Shown: positions 12,320 to 23,370, numbered from the stretch's first letter. The stretch: DNA of 28,426 bases from Ginkgo biloba (GCA_024626585.2 JANKJI020000004.1:33801433-33829858), one strand, 5' to 3'. The notes: a model not told the origin generated them from the sequence alone. Numbers and translations: made by a program.

Positions 12320-12398
12320 CTTTCCCAAGATGACGCAGCTGTCATTGATCAGGTACCGAGTTGACACATTATCAGTTGCATCCACCACTACATCATAT
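12320..12398 (-). CDS. CNX5: Adenylyltransferase/sulfurtransferase MOCS3/UBA4 (ThiF/MoeB domain), third visible exon
   Basis: [26 protein letters not shown]. Acceptor ttaag| at 12399, donor aag|GCatgg at 12319. In frame with the previous exon (aa|a = Lys). Confidence 0.93.
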
Positions 12399-12754
12399 CT
12401 TAAGCAATGGTGTTAAGATATATCTAAAGTTTATATTATTCCAACTTTTACAACTGCAGAGGAAGAGAATTAATAATTGGCATTGCCCCAAACTTCATCA
12501 AAAGAATGACTCAGATCTCTTTCAAATAATCAACTCAATTGATATGCAATTCTTCAATCCCCCTCTTTTCACAGCTAAAAGGAGGATCAGGAAAATATCA
12601 AAGGAGAAAGGGCAAAAACATTTGCATTCATTAATTCCTACAGACATGTACTTGAGATAAGTGCAGAAGGAAACTGGAATTGACACATTGTGAATTCAGG
12701 CCATTATGTTTTTAATCACATTAAGCAAATCCCTTTGCATTCATATAAGGATAC
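12399..12754 (-). other. U12-type (minor spliceosome) GT-AG intron of CNX5
   Basis: 5' site GTATCCTTA. Branch-site-like TATCTTAAC at 12420-12412, about 14 nt from the terminal AG. No polypyrimidine tract. Confidence 0.9.
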
Positions 12755-12829
12755 TTGCTTATAATATCCAAAGCATTTGAAGCCTTTAGTGCATCTGTGT
12801 ATTCAACCACTTTAAGGTTAGAGTTGATC
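12755..12829 (-). CDS. CNX5: MOCS3/UBA4, second visible exon
   Basis: INSNLKVVEYTDALKASNALDIIS(K). Acceptor tttacag|, donor |gtatcctt. Confidence 0.92.
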
Positions 12830-13048
12830 CTGTAAATACAATATGCTGTGTTACAGAAGATCTTCAAGAGAGTAATAAATCATTATTATCATCATCAACT
12901 AAGTATAAAAATATTAAACAGCATGATATATTGGATCTGATTTTTTCAGGTTTCAACAGTTTGTCTATCACACCAAAGATGATCAGAAACAATCACTTCT
13001 AAGTTCTTAGTAACAATTCAGGACAAAAGAAAATGGAGGCTCACGCAC

Positions 13049-13113
13049 GCACGACATGCAGCAGCTGCAGACTTCACTTTTAACTCCCCAATATTTGCTT
13101 CGGTATGAATGAC
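13049..13113 (-). CDS. CNX5: MOCS3/UBA4, first visible exon
   Basis: VIHTEANIGELKVKSAAAACR(A). Acceptor caactag|, donor |gtgcgt. Phase matches the next exon. Confidence 0.93.
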
Positions 13114-14219
13114 CTAGTTGGAAACATGGAAAGAAATAAGAATTCCACTGTCAATATAATAGACAACAAACATACTAGTCAAATGAGCATGCAAGGATCT
13201 TGCGGACTCTCTCTTTGCTGGATTTGTCTACATATTACCTATTCTTCATGAGTAATACAAGCCCATTTAATAAATTTGGTTCTACTTTCCAGCAACTGAA
13301 ATGATGATCCATAGAACATGCAAACCGCTACTCAATTTCATTTCAGAATACAACATCTTTAGATCAAGAGAACTAAGATAAGGGATAAGGGACTAAGAGA
13401 ACAAGAAAAGCACATCAAAATATAACCTGACCAAGAACTCAAAAATGTGACAACCACCTAGCACTTCCTAAACTGCTAAAGCACAACCATTCAGGTTCGG
13501 GGGCATACACACACTAGTTAAGTTCTTACAACAAGCATAGTTCTCAATTATCTGTATAATTTTACCTAAGATTTTCTTTTCTGATCAAACCAGCCCNNNN
13601 NNNNNNNNNNNNNNNNNNNNNNNNNNNNNNNNNNNNNNNNNNNNNNNNNNNNNNNNNNNNNNNNNNNNNNNNNNNNNNNNNNNNNNNNNNNNNNNNNNNN
13701 NNNNNNNNNNNNNNNNNNNNNNNNNNNNNNNNNNNNNNNNNNNNNNNNNNNNNNNNNNNNNNNNNNNNNNNNNNNNNNNNNNNNNNNNNNNNNNNNNNNN
13801 NNNNNNNNNNNNNNNNNNNNNNNNNNNNNNNNNNNAAGAGTTGCTACTATATATGTAAAGTCCAAGTCTAATGTATATAACTCTCTTCACTCTAGATAAT
13901 TAAGATACTTGGTTTTTATAATGCTCATAAGGATCGAAGCTAGTGGTCTACTAAGGAAGTTTTTATTTTGTTATATTTTTCTTTCTTTTATTTTATAAAT
14001 AAATGTAACTACTAAAGATATGATGTCTACTTCATGTAGTTATGCTCTTAAATGCAATTCTAGGAATATAAGAAATTTTATAGCTAATTATCCACATACA
14101 CAACATCATCCTTATCTAATAGATAATGATGTTAGTACTTTAATTCCTATAAAAAAACATAGATATATTTTTCATAAGTAGAATAGTTTCCCTTATCAGT
14201 AGTGAAGGTCTTAGAGTGA

Positions 14220-14740
14220 TATTCCACTAGTCTACCTCCTTATTTAAATACTAAACCTATAACATACTATGAATCATTGGTATCAACCTCAAAAGAAAGA
14301 TGAACATTAGGAAGCACCCCAACTGAGGCAGAAAAAGGATCTCCTTTAACTTATTAAAATCATGTTACTGTGATGAAGTCCACATAAAGCAATGGAGATT
14401 CCTCATAAGATAAATAAGAGGATACACAATATCTAAATAGAAAGAAATGAACCACTTATAAAAATGATCTAAGCTTATAAATATCCTAGTAGCATGTAAA
14501 GTAGTGGGAGGGGAATATGTTGTAAAACCTAAACCTTATTTAGATCCATATACACTCCATTCTAGTCAACAATAAATTTAGGGTTCTAAATTGAAGTCTA
14601 CCTAAAATAAAATTTTCCCATATTGGCATAAAGTTAATAAGTGTGAAGCTACTCTAGAATAGAATAAACATGCTATAAGTTATCTTCCTTAGTCTTATAC
14701 TTAAATTCAAGATTTTATTAATATAGAGAACCATAAACTC
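14220..14740 (+). mobile_element. Highly decayed gypsy 3' end: PPT and start of an LTR
   Basis: gggaggggaata followed by TGTTGTAAAACC at 14518. Weak SLPPYL..YESL integrase-like remnant upstream. Confidence 0.45.
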
Positions 14741-14749
14741 TTTAAAAAA

Positions 14750-17094
14750 GGGGAAGAGGATGAGGAGAGCTCATGGGGTTTTCTATGTTGTACTCCAGTC
14801 TTAGATAAATTCCGTCATTGAGTTTGTACTCTGTTATAAATAAGTTTAGTATAATAATGACAACCCAAATGAGGGTCTTATGAGAGCCAATTGGGCCTGA
14901 AGATAGTTTGTGTGGTGTTTCGCTCCAATTCCATTCTACTGATTTGAATAGAGGAATGTGTGTTTGGCATTGCCTAATTTATTTCTGTATATTTTCATCT
15001 AAGAACAAATTTAACAACATTTTACTCCTCCTGTTGGCACATGAAGACTTTGGGAGTGTTACAACACAAACACATGATTATAACTACATATGGTGTTTCT
15101 AAATATAACTCCCCTCCTTTGAGTGAACCAGATAAGCATCTTAGAACAGGAAACAAATCCCGATCATATGAAAGCTTCTTGGTATGCACAGGAGCATGTA
15201 ATTTATATATCCCACCTCCAGTATCAAAGATAAAACTTGAAGCCATACCTAATATTTGCATTGGCATATTATACATACTTCCCAACATTAAAAAGAAAAT
15301 TCTAAACAAAGTCTGTTGAAAATGCTTCTTGTTGCATTTTTTTTAATGCTCTCTTAATGGTTTCTTACTCCAACAATAGTACATACATGAATTTCTGCTT
15401 CCCTTTTGAGCAAGATTCTTTGTTCGCCATGGATTGAATTAGTGGAGCAAAACCATGAAAGAAGGATCTAGTACCGTAGGTGTGATCATATCATTCACTC
15501 CGCAAGTACGAAGATCTTCTAACATACATTTGACAACAGGGATCAGAATGAAATATATGATTCTCAAACAGTCTGGGTCTACCCAAGCCGGAAGGGCTAC
15601 CAGCGGCTCCACTTGTGCTAGATAGCCATAGATAGCTTATTGAAAGAAAATCATTCTTATGCCACCAATCTCAAATCATTGCACCATTCATCATCACAGT
15701 TCTTCTTGGACAATTACGTTCACCCTTATTGCTGTTGCCCATGCCGCATCAACTTCGTATCAGCCATACAAGGTTGATTTATCACTTTGTTCAAGATCGT
15801 TGACTTCCTGAAACTTTGCCCTTCTTGCATATGCTGCTAGAGGAGTTCACTAAACTATTGGTTCCTGGGACCCTAGAGAAATGCAATATTGAATGGATAT
15901 CAGATCAATCCAGACATTGCTAAGAGGGTTCACTGGTTGTAGGATATTGCAGGAAGCATCAATATTTAGATTTACATCAGAATTGCCCAACCAAAGATAA
16001 GGGGTCCGTTCACCTACCTCTTGGCCAAAATCGACCAGAAGCAGTTCATTTGAAGGAAGACAAGCTTGACTTGCCTATGTTGGTGCTTTTAACCCTTTTA
16101 ATGCACTTGTTCTATTTGCTTTCTTAACTGCTGATTTGAGAATTGTTGCTGCTGGGCAAAAAGCATTACTTTGATGATAAAAGGCATTATTGTTCGGGAT
16201 TCTTCTTGGAGTTGGTTTGCCACCATTGTTGACAACTTATGTTTTTTTTAATTATTGAAGTAGATGGATCTTTAGTGCTATATGCATGCATAAGGGCAGA
16301 TTCTTTCCGTGTATGGTTATGGCTAGGATAACTTAATTTCCAAACCTGAAACCATCCAAATAAGCCATGAACCAACCCTAAGATTGTAGGTGACTTGGCA
16401 TAAGGCAACGATAGTAGTCACTGAGGCAACATGACTGTTAGCCCATGCATCTGCCCTCATATGGAAAAATGACAATGGAATGTACAACTAGGCCAAATAT
16501 TTATACAATGTACATATTTATAGTTGAAAGGTTGAGGCATAGCCAACAGGAGTTTCGCAGGACTGTAAGAGAAGCCATGCTTGCATTAGGCAGTAAAGCA
16601 ATTTATGATTGACTTGTGCGCTATCGCATTGGCCAGTTGGGCTGTTGAAAGTCTATGTAGCAAGGTCCAAGATTGGATTCCCTTGTGCGGTACACATCAA
16701 CCCAGGGATTACTGCATTAGCCAATTGGGCTAGTGAGAAATGANNNNNNNNNNNNNNNNNNNNNNNNNNNNNNNNNNNNNNNNNNNNNNNNNNNNNNNNN
16801 NNNNNNNNNNNNNNNNNNNNNNNNNNNNNNNNNNNNNNNNNNNAATAAGAAGCAAAACTAATCTTATTGTGAGGATAGCAACCATGCACACAAGATCGAG
16901 AGAGTATTCCCATGGCCAACAATGAAAGTGTTACAACCCTATAACTTCACTTTGGTTAACCATATATGCTTATGACAAGCAAGTAGAATTTTGTTGGATA
17001 GCATCTCTCATGTGCACATGAAACTTGGCAAGCTATGTGTAGTCCAAAGTTAGGTCCAACAGTATTGTTAGGCATGTATTACGATTTAACAGTG
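14750..17094 (-). pseudogene. Long decayed reading frame with a C-terminal 2OG-Fe(II) dioxygenase-like domain
   Basis: One frame runs 16200-15440 with GNN codon bias and mostly TGA/TAG stops (..YEVDAAWATAIRVNVIVQEEL***MVQ*FEIGGIRMIFFQ*AIYGYLAQVEPL..). Near the C-terminus: APVHT(K)KLSYDRDLFPVLRCLSGSLKGGELYLE (fs) NHVFVL*HSQSLHVPTGGVK (fs) VVKFVLR. Ends are approximate and the frame includes a gap. Confidence 0.6.
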
Positions 17095-17705
17095 NNNNNN
17101 NNNNNNNNNNNNNNNNNNNNNNNNNNNNNNNNNNNNNNNNNNNNNNNNNNNNNNNNNNNNNNNNNNNNNNNNNNNNNNNNNNNNNNNNNNNNNNNNNNNN
17201 NNNNNNNNNNNNNNNNNNACTGCTATTTTTATTATTCTACTGCATAATATATTGATTTTATATCCGACAGACCATTCTTTTGATACATTCAGCAATATAT
17301 ATTGGACTGTTGTATATGAGTTACTCAGTCATTGAATTAGGTATTAGTGCAGATTAAAAGCTAAGTCACCAGGTTCGAGTTCGGGAAGCAAAACAATCAT
17401 CAAAAAATCAAAAAGGTTGAAAGTATTCAAAAAAAAATTGCCATAAAATTCGTAAGGCCCTATGTTCTCATTGCAGACCCACCTCGCCCCCACTGTGCCT
17501 TGTTTTCTGTCACCTTGCCTCACCCCCGCCACGCCATGCTCTATTTTTTGGTTTCCCGTCATAGGCTGCCATGCCCCCAGGCCCCCTGTTGTCTCACCAG
17601 ATTAAAAATATAATACAAGGCTTTAAAAGGAACTTAAAAACTTTCATAGGCTACGCCACAGTCACATGGGCTTAATCTGGATGACCAAGGGCTAGAAAAT
17701 ATTAA

Positions 17706-17765
17706 TCTATACTAATTACTAAAAAAAAGCCTTCTCTCTCCGCATCTGACCACAGAGAGAGAAGG
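17706..17765 (+). mobile_element. Helitron-like 5' terminus with adjacent hairpin
   Basis: A|TCTATACTAATTACTAAAA resembles plant Helitron 5' ends. Perfect 11-bp stem ccttctctctc (17730-17740) / gagagagaagg (17755-17765). No matching 3' hairpin-CTAG found. Confidence 0.45.
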
Positions 17766-18227
17766 TTTAAAGGGCCCACCCCGCCATTTACTCACATGGA
17801 AGTGGACATTGAAGGCATAAAATATAAGGCAGAGTCACCCCTACCATGTAGCAACATAGGAAGTAGAGGAAATTTGTAGAAGAGTGTTTGTGCACGATTT
17901 AACGTCAAAGGGATTCTGCCACTAACATATTGCACCCCAAATCCCATCCCAGATAGAATTCACTAATATCTATGGTATGTATTCTTTTTAGATCTAATGC
18001 ATTCTAGGGGTTGGATCTCCATGGTGTGCATTAGTAGATTCAAATAGACTGGACTCCTTTTAGATCTAACCATTTGATTAGATCCAGGATTAGGGTTTGC
18101 AAACTAAGGCGATGGAGGAAACCGATTGTCCATTTTGAATGGTCAAATTGTCCATGAACCCTACTTGAACAGAGTTTTTAGTGTTTTTATTTGGACAGGG
18201 GGAATTTGTGGGATTTTATCAGATAAA

Positions 18228-18434
18228 ATGGGGGCAGTAACTTCCTCTATGGCTGCGAAATTTGCATTTTTTCCGCCAAACCCTCCATCGTACAAGATAA
18301 TTCCAGATGAAGTCACTGGGAGGTTAATAATGTCAGATGTTCCCCATAGAGATAATGTTGATGTTTTGAAGCTTTCTACGAGAAGAGGTCAAGAGACAAT
18401 GGCAATGTATGTGCGGAATCCGACATTATACTAA
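18228..18434 (+). pseudogene. ABHD17: Truncated first coding exon of an ABHD17-family alpha/beta hydrolase (de-S-acylase)
   Basis: [65 protein letters not shown], then TLY*. The expected LLYSHGNAADLG is absent. Upstream 5'UTR acceptor ttggacag| at 18198. Confidence 0.92.
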
Positions 18435-19213
18435 AAATATTATGTCCAACCAATTGTACATAATGGAATGAAACGAGAACAAAATAATAAAATGGAACAA
18501 AATAGATATGAGATTGTCATACTCTGAACAGATGTAAGGAGAGTCTTATGAAGCAAAAACCTTTGGTGATTCCTTTTGCTTAATGATACCTCTGAGGAGT
18601 CTTCAGAGCACCATCCCTTTGAAATCACAGTTTTATTATAGTTGCATACCATCCCTCTGAATACTTTTCAGACTGATTGCCACACAAATGCAAATGTTAA
18701 GCCTTTAGACACAATTAGTACTGGTGCTGCATGTACACTGGCTTTGGATCTCGTCTGCGGGGTTCTGTTGGAAACATTTTAATACTTTGAAACTAGTCAT
18801 AAAGTTTGTGTTTAAAGAGCAAAAAGATTGTCATTCGATGGATAGATCAACTCCAAATCATAGATTTGTTGCAAGTCATTTCAACTTGTTTTGAGAACTG
18901 AGTAAAATTATAATCCATCAATAAATATAATTCAAGTTGCTGTTTGTCCAATGGAACCTTCTGATGACCTAGGTTTATGGTGCAAAATGTGGCATTCCTT
19001 CATTTCCTTTGCATTGAATCTGTTCGAGAGAAATCACTTTATGCAGCTAGACAATAGTTCCATGCAAACTATTGTGCTTTATAAGATTTTGAGGTCTAAT
19101 GTTAAGAGAATAAACACGAGCTAATAGGAGTTTTATTATACTATATAGACTTGCCAACCATACTGAAACTCAATGACTGTCACTTTCTGTTTTTTTGGGT
19201 TCTTTATTGTCAG

Positions 19214-19279
19214 GCCAAAGATTACATGAGATGGTACTGAAGCCCCCCATTGGGATCGAGTGCCTTTTGCCACAAGTAG
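19214..19279 (+). other. Possible orphan exon of an unidentified gene
   Basis: Strong polypyrimidine tract and cag| at 19213, GC-richer 62-66 nt, donors gtaggt (19276) or gttatt (19280). Frames give QRLHEMVLKPPIGIECLLPQV or PKIT*DGTEAPHWDRVPFAT. Confidence 0.3.
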
Positions 19280-20610
19280 GTTATTTCTGAATAGCCTTGT
19301 TAGTGGTTTAAATCTCTCATGATATGAACATTATTTCCTTATTGACAAAACGCTAAAATTCCTACATTTCTAAACACAATAAAAATGTTAGAAAATCATC
19401 AAATTAAAAAAAAAAAAAAAAAAACTCTAGAAAACTTAATAAATTAGGGTACATCGTATATTTGTGCATAATTTATCTTTGATAATAATGAGTCACATGT
19501 AATTAATCTACATCCATTTAATAGAACACTAATAAATGACTAATATTCATATGATTGTGCACTAATCAATGATGTGAAAAAATTATAGTCATAAATCAAT
19601 GACATCATAATTTTTGACGTAATAAATGCCCTTTGCTCAAAACAAAATGGTAAAATATGATCATGGGTCTTTCATCTATATGTAAGTAAAAAATCATTAT
19701 AATTCATCCGTTGAATTGAATGATTTTCCATATTTTTTATGGGACCCCCTAAAATCTAAGGTTTAGACTAAAAAATTAAAAATAAATACATGAATGCAGA
19801 AAGAAACCTTATTGAAACTCTGGCATATCCTCTACATTCAGAGATGAACTCAATGACTCTTACAAATTTTTATTCCATTATCCCTACCTCAAGTTGCTTT
19901 CAAAAGTCACTTTCACAACTTGTCAAAATAAATAAATGATTCTAACATTAATTTTTGTTTATCTTTTTGTGTCTTACATGACAACATATTTTTTTAAAAG
20001 TCAACTCTTCTTACATTATTTTTGAGGAATTGATCTAAAATACCATACATTTATTAAATGCTAGTGAAATTGGCCCATATGTAAATAACCTAAAGGACTT
20101 CCTTTATTCAATTGAGAGAAATCCTTAAGAGGGTGCTCATAAACGATTGTAAGGGAACTTGACTTTTTTACCTATCCTTTATTTATGTCTATTATGTGAT
20201 CTAACCATTTCTTCTTGCAGGTTGTCAGATATCTCCAATAAATTATGTTTATGATCACTTCATATCGAACATAATACCTTAGCTTGCATATGGGAAAAAC
20301 CATAAAAAATCAAAAAATATAAAAAAGACATAATTACCTATTTGTTTCATTATTTAGAGTGTACCCCTAAGATAGTCTTGATGTCACCATAACTCATAAG
20401 GAGATATAAAATGGATAACCTATATACCTTTATCTCAATAAACAAATCTCATACTTAAGCAATGTTATTCATTTGAAATTGATTCAGAAGTCTCACTAGG
20501 TCTAATTTTAAAATTTTTGTGAAACAATTCATACTTTTAAAAACAATCACTTAAGTCAAAACACACTACCATCCTTATTATTGTAAAGTCTCATAAATAA
20601 TAAATTCCTT

Positions 20611-20790
20611 AAAATATATGACTTATATAGCCATTACCTTTGAGGTATTAAGACTCCAAATGAGGGAAAATAAAAAATAAGTTGCCAAGCACCAAAATTA
20701 AAATGCTCAAAATTAAAAAAAATATGACTTACATCATTATTACCCTTGAAGACTTAGAAGCCAACATAGGGTAAATATAAAATAAGTCCA
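20611..20790 (+). repeat. Two degenerate direct repeats with ~105-110 bp spacing
   Basis: aatatatgacttatatagccattacctttgagg..aaaataagt versus aaatatgacttacatcattattacccttgaag..aaaataagt. Confidence 0.6.
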
Positions 20791-23370
20791 CTGAGTTAAG
20801 TCTCAAAGAGGATGTGGCCTATGGATGATATATTCTACAAAGNNNNNNNNNNNNNNNNNNNNNNNNNNNNNNNNNNNNNNNNNNNNNNNNNNNNNNNNNN
20901 NNNNNNNNNNNNNNNNNNNNNNNNNNNNNNNNNNNNNNNNNNNNNNNNNNNNNNNNNNNNNNNNNNNNNNNNNNNNNNNNNNNNNNNNNNNNNNNNNNNN
21001 NNNNNNNNNNNNNNNNNNNNNNNNNNNNNNNNNNNNNNNNNNNNNNNNNNNNNNNNNNNNNNNNNNNNNNNNNNNNNNNNNNNNNNNNNNNNNNNNNNNN
21101 NNNNNNNNNNNNNNNNNNNNNNNNNNNNNNNNNNNNNNNNNNNNNNNNNNNNNNNNNNNNNNNNNNNNNNNNNNNNNNNNNNNNNGTTCCTTTTATTTCT
21201 AGGAACACCCTTCTAAGCATCCCCCATGCTTGTAATTTAGAAGCCTTCCAACATTTCAAACACACAAACCAAAGATAAACAAACTTGCACTAGCAAAAGA
21301 AAAGTACAAGTTCTACTTCAATATATGGAGAGGCTAAGCAGCAACGAGGCCTTTACAGCATGCTTACAATGGAAGCGCATCTACAGTCTGAAAGTGAATT
21401 CAATGTATTAAAATTATTTTGGTGAGGATTTTACTTTGGTCATGATATATTTATGGGCTGTAAATGATGGTGTCATCTCATTCATTAAATAACTTTCTTA
21501 AGCTCTCCATCTGTTCCCTTATTACAGGTAGACGATTTCCAAGTGACTTCCTAGGAGGTTTGCCTTGTCATTTGATAGGATTCGATTGTGACTTTACAAG
21601 TGACTTCATAATAGGCTTGCTTCTTGTAACAACCACAAATTCACCCTTGAAGCCTAAGGAGATTCATTTTTTAGTAGTTAGCCTAAGGGGTTGCATGGAT
21701 GCATGCAATTGCAATGAGACCACTATTGCAGGCCTTAACTGTAATAGCTCACTACCATGTACCTGCAATGCAAAACATGCTCCAACATGCACACGTCAGG
21801 CATTAGTTCTCATAATACAATCATGAATGCATCCTAAGGTACAATAGTAGAATTGTTAAATCTAAGGGATAGTGACATGGGTATACAACATCGATTGTTG
21901 GTCATGGGGATGACCTTTTGGGCTTATTGTGCTTGTAGCTAGACCTCTTGTGGCACCCCTTTGCATTACATTGCTACACTCCATTGCTTCATCCAACTTT
22001 ATAAAGGGGGCCAAGTCTTAGAATCTTTTCAACCCCTTTTTGGAACTAGGAAACCTAAATAGGCTCCACTCTTGACTGATGATATTTGGTTCTATTAATT
22101 TATGGTACCTATTTGCAGGTATCCTTTCAACTCTTCTATATTAATTTATGGTACCAAGTAACTAACAAAACAATGGGTATCCTTTCAAGCCAATAACCAA
22201 ACCTGGTGTATTTCAACCATATGGCTAACCACACTAAGGGGCATACCTTCAACTCAATAGCTATACCATCCTAAGGGGTATATTTCAAACCACTACAAGT
22301 CCATATAAAATATGCCCATGCAAGAAGTAGAAAAAGATAGGGCTTCATACTTCCATTAATGGATTTTTCACTGTAGACCCAAGCCAAGCTATGGTCAAGT
22401 CCTAGGGTTTGGACAACATTAGTGCAAAAAAGTCAACAACATGCAAAGGAAGAATTTCCTAACAAGAAAAGCATGCCCATGCATCATAAATAGCCATAAA
22501 TGGCTCAAAGCATCATTAAGAGAGGCTCCCTATTGTAAGCATTGTATTCATGCATTAACTTCATCATAATTTCTTCATATGCATGCATATAGATAAAAGG
22601 AATGTTTTTTTTGTAGGTAGGGTTTTACTCTTACTTACAATCCTGATAAAACCCTAATCTTCAATGATGTCTTCAGCAGCAGTTAGCTGAAAAATTCTCG
22701 CAACAACTTATGTGATGGCAAAACTTTGTTTTGCAGTCAACAACTGAGGCAGAAAGTGTCTTCAGAGGGGCACACTCCTCCTCAAGGGCTTGTGTCATTT
22801 TCTGGGAGATTTTGTAGATGCCTTGCACAACTACACTCCTAAATCAACCCCTAGGATGATTATGTCACCCTAGGTTAGCAACACCTTCATTGACTGAAAT
22901 CATCCTTAGCAAGACATTTATAATTCAGCCATATGATAGGTGTTCGAATCTGATTTTCCACTAATGCAAAGCACCCAGAAAATCAAAAGATTGTCCAAGA
23001 GCCAAAAGCTTCCCAAGCCCAGACATGGCTCTCCATAAATAATAATTCTAGGTTATCATACTCCTCATAGACTGGCTAGACTTGTGTTGGAATTGCCCTA
23101 GATCCCAACTTCCAATCTATAAGTTGTTTGACACATGGCACTTCTTCATTAAGAGCACCATACGCTAGGCTTCTCTTCTGTTCCTTAGTAGTTTCTCCTT
23201 CTTTCTTGTCAAAGGTACTTCTCCCGGTACTATAAGTAACTATAGAAACCATATACTAGTTTCCTTACTTATTTCATTGTGTTTTCCTCTTTTCAAGGCC
23301 AATTTTGCTTAAAATAGCTAGCCTATTACATTGAGGCTTAAACCATGACAAAGGTTAAAGAAAGTGAGTA

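Noticed and set aside
13480-13518. Possible Helitron 3' end (cacactagt at 13514)
   Set aside because: No convincing GC-rich hairpin at the right distance and no matching 5' end upstream.
15640-16127. Fairly open Leu-rich plus-strand frame
   Set aside because: Its composition fits the shifted antisense shadow of the minus-strand ORF, and it has no motif.
18126-18227. N-terminal extension of the ABHD17 ORF in the ORF track
   Set aside because: It begins at TTG within intron/UTR sequence. The conserved start is ATG 18228.
18520-18630. DSPYIC motif reminiscent of PRP38 (minus strand)
   Set aside because: Too short, flanks do not match, and there is an in-frame stop.
19378-19424. AATAAA followed by an A19 run as a retroposed poly(A) tail
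   Set aside because: Upstream gene pieces retain intron sequence and no target-site duplication is visible. A-runs are common here.
19444-20370. MITE with ttagggtac / gtacccctaa termini
   Set aside because: The match is short and imperfect, with an alternative end at ~19750, so boundaries cannot be set.
21200-23360. Retroelement gag or LTR remnant
   Set aside because: Probably TE-derived, but no diagnostic motif could be read.
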